This document shows positions 10,101 to 19,000 of a DNA stretch of 64,000 nucleotides, one piece after another. How positions within the stretch are numbered: the stretch's first letter is position 1; every line of letters begins with the position of its first letter. Both the position numbers and the translations under genes were made by a program. Source of the DNA: Sphaerodactylus townsendi (Eukaryota). The DNA is taken from assembly GCF_021028975.2 (NCBI RefSeq), contig NC_059440.1, forward strand, positions 17,608,001 to 17,672,000. Direction: 5' to 3'. The notes beneath the pieces were generated by a model. It did not search any database. It had not been told where the DNA came from and saw nothing but the letters and a program-made list of their open reading frames with translations.

Positions 10101-13100
10101 GGTGACCTTGGGCTAGTCACAGCTTCTCCGAGCTCTCTCAGCCCCACCCACCTCACAGGGTGTTTGTTGTGAGCGGGGAAGGGCAAGGAGATTGTCAGCC
10201 CCTTTGATTCTCCTACAGGAGAGAAAGGGGGGATATAAATCCAAACTCTTCTTCTTTGTTTGAAATGCTGGTCGGGTGGCAGCCAGTCGCACGTCACACC
10301 TGAAGTTGCCTTATACTGAATCAGCCCATTGCTCAGTCAAGGTCAGTATTGCCTCCGCTGACTGTCAGGGCCTCTCCAGGATCTCAGAGAGGGGTCTTTC
10401 ACGCCACCGGGAATGCCAGGAATTGAACCTGGGACCTTCTGCACACAAAACAAAGGCTTTTCCACTGAGCCACAGCCTTCCCCCTTAGGTAAGCTGCAAT
10501 AAAACTACATGCCCTTCTGGTGTGAGAATTACCTCAATCAGATCACTGTAGAAGTGTCTGACTTTCTCATATTGAGTTGAACTGAAGCCATAAAGGAAGT
10601 CCTTCTAATCCAGGGGTCTGCAACCTGCGGCTCTCCAGATGTTCTTGGACTACAATTCCCATCAGACCGGCTGATGGGAATTGTAGCCATGAACATCTGG
10701 AGAGCCACAGGTTGCAGACTCCTGTTCTAATCAGATCAAAAATCCCATTTATTTCAGCATTCTTCCCAGCCAACAATGGCTACCATATGCCTCTGGGAAA
10801 CCCATAAAGGGCACAAACCTCCCTTATTGCACAGTAATTGGTATTCAGAGGTATACTGTTTTTGAATATGGAGGTTCTGTTCCTAACTGTCATGACCGAG
10901 AAAAACATAAGGATCAAGCAGGATCCCTTGAGAACCTGGCTAGGAAAGGTGAGAGCTAGCTAGAGAAGCTAGCTAGGAAGGGCGAGAGCGTTAAAAAATT
11001 TACATAATATAAAGGCATGAAAAATTTAAGTTAAAAAAGTCTTATTGATTTTCTTGCAGAGATCTGTGGAACTCCTGGCTACTTGGCGCCTGAAATATTA
11101 GAATGTTCCATGGATCCAGACCATCCAGGTTATGGGAAGGAAGTCGACATGTAAGCAAAACAATGGCCCAACATGCACTGGGTGTCTGCTACAAGGCAGG
11201 GGTGAATGTCTGTCACAGCAAGATTTCTTGTACGGATGTATTTCCCCAAGCCCCGCTTTCAGTTTCCACATTCCCTGCGCCAAGCAACACCGCTTTCAAT
11301 GTGACTTTAATTTTCTTTGCCGCCAGAGTGGCTGGCATCTTCAGAGGTGAATCACAGAGAGAACTGTGTTAACATGTGATTTTTTAAAATCTAGCAGCCA
11401 TCTAAATGGGGCGGGGTTTTTGCTTGTACCAGGTGGAGCACAGGAGTCATCATGTACACCTTGCTGGCCGGATCCCCTCCATTCTGGCACCGGAAGCAGA
11501 TGCTGATGCTGCGGATGATCATGAATGGAGATTACAAGTTTGGCTCCCCGGAGTGGGATGACCAGTCGGACACCGTCAAGGATCTGGTAGGTGATTGTGA
11601 TGCCAGGAAGGTTGCAGGTGTTCGCAATACTCCAATGCTTGGAATTGTAACAACCTGATGTGTCGTGCAGCAGAAAGCATGGCATTTCCATCTCTGGAAC
11701 CAATCCCCGCTCCCCAGTTGAGCCAATGTGGTTTAGTGGTTAAAAGCAGCAAACTCTGGTGAACCAGGTTTGTTTCCACCCTCCTCCAACTGAAGCCTGC
11801 TGGATGGTTTGGGGTCAGCCACAGTTCTCCCAGAACTCTCTTATTCCTACCAACCTGTCAAGGTGTCTGTTGTGAGGAGGGGAAGGGAAAGAGTTTGCAA
11901 GTCGCTTTGAGACTCCTTGCGGTTGGGAAAAGTAGGGTATAAAGCCAAACTCTACAGCAGTGGCGTAGGAGGTTAAGAGCTCGTGTATCTAATCTGGAGG
12001 AACCGGGTTTGATTCCCAGCTCTGCCGCCTGAGCTGTGGAGGCTTATCCCGGGAATTCAGATTAGCCTGTATGCTCCCACACACGCCAGCTGGGTGACCT
12101 TGGGCTAGTCACAGCTTCTCGGAGCTCTCTCAGCCCCACCTACCTCACAGGGTGTTTGTTGTGAGGGGGGAAGGGCAAGGAGATTGTAAGCCCCTTTGAG
12201 TCTCCTGCAGGAGAGAAAGGGGGGATAGAAATCCAAACTCTTCTTCTTCTCTTCTTCTTTCATTTGCAGATTGCCCACTGCCTGGTGGTGAAGCCAGAAC
12301 GTCGCTTCACCGTGGAAGATGCTCTCAGCCACCAGTTCTTCCAGCAATACGTAGTGGAAGAAGTCCGACACTTCAGTCCATTCCGGAAATTTCGGGTACC
12401 CAAACTTATCCCTGGGGTCTTATTTAACCACGGCTGCCTGCCCGGCAATGACTCTGTGCTGTTCCACTCAACCAGCTTGAAGCCAATTTGATCATAATGC
12501 CTTTGAACACATGAAGCTGCCTTAAACTCAAAGAGGCCAGTGAGGGTCGGTAGAGGCTGCACAGACTTGTCTGGTCTTTCACATCTTTCCTGGGGATTTT
12601 AAACTGGGGGATGCCAAGGACTCCATCCCAAGCAATTGCTCCATCATTGAGCCATGGTCTCTCCTTAGGATGAGAACAGTGCAGGGAACTGTTCTGCACA
12701 GAATTCTATGCCACAGGCTGGTTTCATGGCCCTTTTTACTCCCATGGCTTCCACCAAAGAATCTTGGGAACTGGAGTCGGCAGAGGGTGGTAACAATTGC
12801 CAAGACTTCTAGCCCCCTTTCTGTTCTTTGGGAAATGGGTGTCTGTGTGTGTGTGTATATATATATATATACACATCCACCCACCCAAGTGCCATTGCAA
12901 AACTATATCAAGATCATTTGGGTTCAAATATTCATAATTGAAGGGGTTTGAAACGGGTTAAGTGTGGCGTAGGTGTCTGCTGTCAAACTGGATCAAACCT
13001 AGATGGTGCCTTGCTTCGATTTGGCTTTGCCAATTCATTCAGTCTGGGGACACATGCCAAGCTAAGCCAGTTACCCAGAAACCACCCTGTTGCGGGCTTC

Positions 13101-14088
13101 AGGAGCACAGCTAGCAATTGCAAATCAAGGTGAAACAGTTATCCTGGATTACTGACCGCAGAATATATGGAGCGTGATCTGTGTATAGCTCAGGTTACTA
13201 TGCTTGTGGGTCTTGAATAGCCATTGGAGAGTAGCACTGGCATAGTGGTTAAGTGCAGGAGCATTCTAATCTGGAGGAACCGGGATTGATTTCCTGCTCT
13301 GCCACTTGAGCTGTGGAAGCTTATCTGGGGAACTAGATTAGCTTGTGCACTTCAACACATGCCAGCTGGGTAACCTTGGGCTAATCACAGCTCTACAGAG
13401 CTCTCAGCCCCACCCATCTTACAGGGTGTTTGTTGTGGGTGGGCGGGAAAGGAAAGGAGATTGTAAGCCCCTTTGAGTCTCCTACAGGAGAGAAGTGTGT
13501 GTGTGTGTGTGGGGGGGGTTATAAATACAAACTCTTCTTCTATATGTTTTTATCCCACCCCTTCCTCCAAGGAGCCCAGAGTGGCTTTGAAAAAGTGCAA
13601 TGCAGCAGGTGGTACATGCTGTAAACTCGATTGCACAAGGGCCACATACAGTGTCTATGGATATTTATGGTGGACATATACTTTAACAGATTCAGGGAAC
13701 CCTACTTTGGGTAATGCTCAAAATCTGTAAAACTGGAATCAATTTGTCAATTAGTTAAGAGATAACCCAGTACTGAACCAGTTGAAGTTCCCAAACGGCT
13801 GCAAGTTTTAAGGCTAGGAGTTTGGTTTCCTTCCAGGTCATCTGCTTGACGGTCTTGGCCTCGGTCCGAATCTACCTCAACTATCGTAACGTCAAGCCGG
13901 TCACCACCGAGGTGCTGCAACGCGACCCCTACGGCTTGAAACCTGTCCGCAAGCTGATCGACGCATGTGCCTTCCGGATCTACGGCCACTGGGTGAAGAA
14001 GGGAGAGGCGCAGAACAGAGCCGCTTTGTTTGAAAACACACCCAAAGCCATCCTTCTCAGCTTGGCTGCGGAGGAAGAGTTCTTCTGA
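1030..14088 (+). CDS. PHKG1: Phosphorylase b kinase gamma catalytic chain, muscle isoform; join(1030..1112,1186..1361,5112..5166,8320..8385,8940..9103,11060..11150,11433..11586,12270..12395,13837..14088), 388 aa
   Basis: Spliced translation [37 protein letters not shown]...HRDLKPEN...DFG...[11 protein letters not shown]...[10 protein letters not shown]...ENTPK. All introns GT-AG; exon sum 1167 nt. SUMF2/CCT6A/PSPH synteny supports PHKG1 rather than PHKG2. Confidence 0.97.
1186..1361 (+). CDS. PHKG1: PHKG1 coding exon 2
   Basis: [12 protein letters not shown]...AVKIIDI...KVSGHPNV; tccag / gtaagt. Confidence 0.95.
3508..4810 (-). mobile_element. 5'-truncated non-LTR retrotransposon (RTE-X-like), split by a MITE
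   Basis: ORF2 C-terminus with Zn knuckle RRCPC...QHILLEC continuing in frame across the insert; AATAAA plus (ACTGT)n tail; 12-bp TSD TCACCAGAAATC at 3496-3507 and 4811-4822. Confidence 0.8.
3821..4531. mobile_element. PIF/Harbinger-type non-autonomous DNA transposon
   Basis: TIRs GGCCATTTCCGCACAG / CCGTGCAGAAACGGCC; TAA TSD on both sides; CpG-rich. Confidence 0.85.
5112..5166 (+). CDS. PHKG1: PHKG1 coding exon 3
   Basis: [19 protein letters not shown], 55 nt; ttccag / gtgagt; absent from ORF track. Confidence 0.94.
5615..6030 (-). mobile_element. L2-like LINE 3' fragment
   Basis: WNNLPSTIR...[17 protein letters not shown]2 end, 3' UTR and (TAAA/CAAA)n tail. Confidence 0.75.
6769..6960 (+). 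mobile_element. 5'-truncated Squam3-like SINE with expanded (CTA)n(CTT)n tail
   Basis: Matches the 3' half of full copies; compound microsatellite tail. Confidence 0.75.
7370..8039 (-). mobile_element. Squam3-like SINE plus tandem ~186-bp units of SINE 3' end and flank
   Basis: Full SINE 7748-8039; repeated unit gggtttattccacaaactgc...cttaacatcagaagaag. Confidence 0.8.
8320..8385 (+). CDS. PHKG1: PHKG1 coding exon 4
   Basis: [22 protein letters not shown]; cacag / gtaagg. Confidence 0.95.
8600..8790 (-). mobile_element. 5S rRNA-derived SINE (related pieces near 32900-33055, 41900-42025, 49700-49810)
   Basis: ggtctctcatccaagtattaaccaggg...cttccatgatctgatga is a decayed antisense 5S head joined to a non-5S body. 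Confidence 0.6.
8940..9103 (+). CDS. PHKG1: PHKG1 coding exon 5
   Basis: KIMRALLEV...[26 protein letters not shown]; gtcag / gtgacg. Confidence 0.95.
9202..9675 (-). mobile_element. CR1 LINE 3' fragment, (TTCTTATG)n tail family
   Basis: [14 protein letters not shown]...RTRGHSLK...FFTQRV peptide plus 3' UTR; same UTR at 17200-17403, 50265-50402, 52020-52223. Confidence 0.88.
9717..9833. mobile_element. Palindromic hAT-type MITE
   Basis: CAGGGG terminus; ggactacaattccc / gggaattgtagtcc arms. Confidence 0.7.
9966..10257 (+). mobile_element. Squam3-like tRNA/CORE SINE, full length
   Basis: A box TGGCGTAGTGG, B box GGTTTGATTCC, CORE-like gtgaccttgggctagtcac, (CTT)n tail. Confidence 0.85.
10611..10724. 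mobile_element. Palindromic hAT-type MITE
   Basis: TIR CAGGGGTCTGCAACC; perfect 8-bp TSD TTCTAATC. Confidence 0.85.
11060..11150 (+). CDS. PHKG1: PHKG1 coding exon 6
   Basis: [31 protein letters not shown]; tgcag / gtaagc. Confidence 0.95.
11433..11586 (+). CDS. PHKG1: PHKG1 coding exon 7
   Basis: [30 protein letters not shown]...DTVKDL; accag / gtaggt. Confidence 0.95.
11719..12259 (+). mobile_element. Two head-to-tail Squam3-like SINEs (11719-11953, 11957-12259)
   Basis: Two tRNA heads; second copy starts at the tail of the first and ends at the PHKG1 acceptor. Confidence 0.85.
12270..12395 (+). CDS. PHKG1: PHKG1 coding exon 8
   Basis: [42 protein letters not shown]; tgcag / gtaccc. Confidence 0.92.
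13229..13540 (+). mobile_element. Squam3-like SINE
   Basis: Same family; short (GT)n run near 3' end. Confidence 0.8.
13837..14088 (+). CDS. PHKG1: PHKG1 last coding exon (calmodulin-binding regulatory tail)
   Basis: [13 protein letters not shown]...[39 protein letters not shown]. Confidence 0.95.
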   Translation, partial: VICLTVLASVRIYLNYRNVKPVTTEVLQRDPYGLKPVRKLIDACAFRIYGHWVKKGEAQNRAALFENTPKAILLSLAAEEEFF

Positions 14089-14976
14089 GTCTGAATGTGG
14101 TGTCAGCACAGGACTTTGACTGTGTTAACAGTCAAAAAAGGCGGGGAAAAAATGATACACACGTTCTCTGTCCAGCAGAATAAGCCAGATCGCAGAAACC
14201 TTCCCCTAGCGTTCAAACACTTTATTTCCTTTCAGTCTCTATTGCATTTTGTTCGAAGGCCTTGGGGGAAAGTAACCACAAACTGCTATATTCCCTGCTA
14301 GCCAAATGAAACAATATTAAAATACTATTTGCAGTTATCCACTAATTCAGCCTTTTGGAGTGTCCAGGCACATTTGGAATTCTGACCACAGCATGGTGGG
14401 TGCAGGAACAAAATGGCTTCCACAGGAGGCGGAGCCAGCCGCAAAATGATTGACAGTTTAACTTCAGTAACACAGCGTAGATCCTTGTACTGCGGTGGCA
14501 ACTGCTGCCCAAACAATATTTTTTAAAAGTCTGCACAGTCAATCAGAATTATTGCTGGGCAAAAGCCCTACTTTTTAAAAACAATGGCGGGTGTCATGGC
14601 CCCCACATGCATCGCGTTAGGGACCCCTGCACTAATTGGTTTAACCTATTTTTACTCTCCCCATCCAACGTTGTAAGGTGGAAGTGTCCAGCAAGTAAAC
14701 ACCAATCAGCTATTTACCAAATGTGTACCTCTTAAAGGGACAGATGCTCTTAAGAAGAGTCTGATGCCCCTCCCATTAATAATTGCATCATAGCTAACAA
14801 TTAACAAAATACTACTCACCCTGCTTTGCAAAAGTTCCTGCCATATTGAGCACAGAAAAGATATAACTAGCATTAGCCTCAAATGGCCAATGGATTTGAA
14901 ATATTTATTCCCATTTATTACCACTGTGCCTTTGGAAAGGGGATGTATCCATTTTCTAAACGTCTACCCAAACATC

Positions 14977-14982
14977 AATAAA
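14977..14982 (+). terminator. Candidate PHKG1 polyadenylation signal
   Basis: First AATAAA I found downstream of the stop, followed by T/GT-rich sequence. Confidence 0.5.
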
Positions 14983-15169
14983 TGTGCTTTATTTATTGGA
15001 CAAGATTTGGTCTTGATGAATGAAGACGTTTCGCTGTTGAAAGAAGCAAACCTAGAATATTTAGATTTGATACAGTACATGAAGCTGCTTTGGCCCAGGT
15101 CAAAACCACTGCTCCTTATAGCCCAGTTTTGTTGCCTCGGAACAGCGGTGGCATTCCCCAGGCATAAGT

Positions 15170-15622
15170 AGAAAATGCCAGGAACTGAACGGGTCCAGAG
15201 GAGGGCAACCAAAATGGTAAAAGGTCTGGAATCCATGCCCTACAAGGAGAGACTTAGGGAGCTGGATATGTTTAGTTTGGTGAAGAGAAGGTTAAGAGGT
15301 GACATGATAGCCATGTTTAGATATATGAAGAGATGTCATGTTGGTGAGGGAGCAAGCTTGTTTTCTGCTGCTCTAGGACCAGAAGTAATGGGTTCAAGGT
15401 GAAGGAAAAGAGATTCCACCTAAACATCAGGAAAAACTTCCTGACAGTAAGGGCTGGAATGGAATACACTACCTCAGAGTGTGGTGGAGTCTCCTTCTTT
15501 GGAGGTTTTTAAACAGAGGCTGGATGGCCATTTATCAGGAGTGTTTTGATTGTGTGCTCCTGCATTGCAGGTGGTTGGACTTGATGGCCTTTGGGGTCTC
15601 TTCCAACTCTCTGATTCTATGA
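15170..15622 (+). mobile_element. CR1 LINE 3' fragment, ATTCTATG tail family
   Basis: [15 protein letters not shown]...RRLRGDMI peptide; ends ctgattctatg. Confidence 0.88.
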
Positions 15623-15770
15623 AGCTAGAACTACTTCTATACACAAAGCATCAATTCCGTCACTGAGGAATGGAAACAGAGCTGGTGGCCACCATCTGTT
15701 TATGGTACCTCTCCACAGTGTTTCTGCACAGAACATTGATGTCCATGTTACGACCAATGGAAGAGTTCTT

Positions 15771-15776
15771 TTTATT
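15771..15776 (-). terminator. Candidate SUMF2 polyadenylation signal
   Basis: TTTATT about 170 nt past the stop codon. Confidence 0.5.
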
Positions 15777-15944
15777 GCGTAATAGTCTTTGGTCCCGGTT
15801 TAGAGCATCAAAACATCTTTTGATCCAGCCCTAAAATCCACCACTTGAGTGAAAAACAGTATTCCTCTTCCAAGCAAGAGCAGCAAGGCTGGTCTCCAAA
15901 GGAGAAAAGTTGTAAGCCTCCATTTTTTTTGAAGATGAACCTCT

Positions 15945-16041
15945 TCAGAGTTCTGTGTTTTTGTTCACACTTTCCAGGGGCATGCTGGCAGCACAACGGA
16001 AGCTCAGGTTGTCTGAGGCAGAGTCTGGCGTGTTCCCCATC
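15945..16041 (-). CDS. SUMF2: SUMF2 exon 9
   Basis: [31 protein letters not shown]. Confidence 0.94.
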
Positions 16042-19000
16042 CTAGAGAAACAAAGCAACATTGAGCTCAGAGGTCCCCAAACTTTTTGAGCTTGTGACCA
16101 CATTTTGCAATAAGGTGGTGAGCATGATCCTAAAATGGCTGTCAGGAGGCCCAGCCAAATGGACAGTCTCCCTCTTAATGTCTCTTAAGCCTATACAAGA
16201 AATGGAACGACACACAGGCTAAGGAAAAACCAAGGGTCCTGATCTTCCAGGGGAAAACTCCTTCATTGGAAAGAGGACAGCTAGTAGCAAGCCTTATCTT
16301 ATGATGGCACCACCCACGTTCTAAAAAAGTCAGTAGGCACCATGATGGGAGCTCTGGTTTAAGCTGAATTATTGGTTAAGTTATTAATTTTTTGGTTGCG
16401 TAAAGGGTTGTTCCTGATTAACTAGGTGCTGTGTGTCTTCTGAAAATTGATTTCTGTTGAAAGAAAAGTGCAAAAACCCAGAATAGCAGACACCATCTTA
16501 AATATGCTGCCCTGATTTTCTCACATACAGGATGGAATGTCCTTTCTGAGAAATGACCTCAGTCCTGGAAGGTGGAAGCGTGGAATCTATTATACTCTGT
16601 TCAACATAACGATGGCAGTAGATTGCTTAGTCCTCCACCACGGAAGAAAGCATGCTGGGCCTTCTTTGTTGTAGACTGCTCTGCCTGGGTCCTAGAACAT
16701 GCCTTGCCCTTCTCCCCACAACCATTTGAGAGGAAAAATACTTTTGGCACAAAAGCTCTTGCATCAAAGTACCATGCTCATTAATGCACAAATTAATGGT
16801 TTTGACAAAGGCAATGAATAAAAACAGAGAAGGGCAACGAGGATGATTGAGGGACTGGAGCACCTTCCTTATGAGGAGAGGCTGCAGCGTTTGGGACTCT
16901 TTAGTTTGGAGAGGAGACGACTGAGGGGGGATATGATTGAAGTCTATAAAATTATGCAGGGGGTAGAAAATGTGGACAGAGAGAAATTTTTCTCTCTTTC
17001 TCACAATACTAGAACCAGGGGGCATTCATTGAAAATGCTGGGGAAGCAATTAGACCAATAAAAGGAAACATTTCTTCATGCAACGTGTGATTGGTGTTTG
17101 GAATATGCTGCCACAGTGGAGGGTGTGATGGCCACTAACCTGGATAGTTTTAAAAGGGGCTTGGACAGATTTATGGAGGAGAAGTCGATTTATGGCTACC
17201 AATCTTGATTCCCTTTGATCTGAGATTGTAAATGCCTTTAGCAGAGACCAGGGTGCTCGAGCAGCAGCAGCAGCAGGCCGTTTTGAAGATCCTTGGTGGT
17301 GGATGTAGCCCCAATGGCACCTGGTGGGCCACTGGCAGTAGCAGAGAGCTGGACCAGATGGACTCCTGGTCTGATCCAGCTGGCTTGTTCTTATGTTCTT
17401 ATGAGGATGATTGAGGGACTGGAGCACCTTCCTATGAGAGGCTGCAGCGCTTGGGACTCTTTAGCTCTGGAGAGTGAGAGATCACCGAGGGGAAGATGAT
17501 TGAAGCCCCATAAACGCTATGCAGGTGAAATGGACAGAGAAACTTCTTCTGCACAATAGAACCAGGCATTCAGCCTGAAAATGCTGGGGGGAAGAATTAG
17601 GACTAATAAAAATGGTGCTGATTTTCTGCGCAACGTGTGATTGCTTGGAATAGGTTGCCGCCAGGAGGTGATGGCCACCAACCTGGATGATAGCTTTAAA
17701 AGGGCTTGGACAGATTTATGGAGGAGAAGCTCTCCATTTATGGCCATTACCAATCTTGATCCTCTTGGATCTGAGATCAGGGGAATGCCTGTGAAGCAGG
17801 ACTTAGGTTAACAAGGCCAGCAGCAGCAGCAACGAGCCATTGCTTTCATATCCTGTATGTGAGGCTCCCAGCCTGGCAACTGTGGTGGAGCCCTACTGCG
17901 GAAGTAGCAGAGAGCTGGACTAGATGGACTCTGGTCTGATCCAGCTGGCTTGTTCTTATGTTCTTATGAATGATAATTCTCATATTCATTTGGGACTATA
18001 TTCTGAAGCGGAAGCATACAACTCTTTCAACCGCTGCATTTCAACTGACCGAACTATCATCTTTATGTGAAACAGAGTACAGACAGCAAAAGCCAATGCA
18101 GAGAGCTTCCACGGGCCACATTTACCGTGTCGTCACCCGAGCCTTGTGATTTGCCGACCCATCCACCGTATCAATCCAAGAAGCTCCCCGCAGGACACGC
18201 ATCTCCTGAGCAGGTTGACGGGATGCAGGTCTGGGTGGGCGATAGGTTGAGGTGGTCCATTCCCAGGTATTTCCTAGCAGGTCATAAATCCCTGAGATAC
18301 AGAAATGGCTGGTGATTCACTGGTGAAAACATCAAGCTCACGCTGAAGACACCTTCTGTATGTCTTACCCCTAATCCCAGAAGCACGGTCTCTAGCCCTG
18401 GGGGTGTGATGGACAGAAAATGCTCCCAAAAATTTGTTTAATGGTGATGATCATTAACGGGCAAATTAGAAAAAGAACCCCTATACACAATGGCCCAATG
18501 ATCATGTATATAGGGGTTCTTGTGCACAGGGGTTCTTTTTCTTTGAGAGCCAGCATGGTGTAGTGGTTAAGAGCAGGTGGATTCTAATCTGGAGGACTAG
18601 GTTTGATTCCCCACTCCTCCACCTGAGTGGTGGAGGCTTATCTGGTGAACCAGATTAGCTTGTGCACGCCAACATATGTCAGCTAGGTGACCTTGGGCTA
18701 GTCACAGTTCTTCAGAGCTCTCTCAGCTCCACCCACCTCACAGGGTGTTTGTTGGGGGGGAGAAGGGAAAGGAGATTGTAAGCCCCTTGAGTCTCCTTAC
18801 AGAAGAGAAAGGGGGAATATAAATCCAAACTCTTCTTCTTCTCCTCTTCCTCCTCCTCCTCCTCCTCCTCCTCCTCCTCCTCCTCCTCCTCCTCCTCCTC
18901 CTCCTCCTCCTCCTCCTCCTCCTCAGAAGTCAGAAAAGAAGGAGGGGCTTCAGAGGAAAGAATTGGATTTCCAGAGAGCAGGACTTCCACATCCCTCCAT

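Noticed and set aside
18712-18990. Poly-glutamate ORF
   Set aside because: Translation of the (CCT)n SINE tail within a SUMF2 intron.
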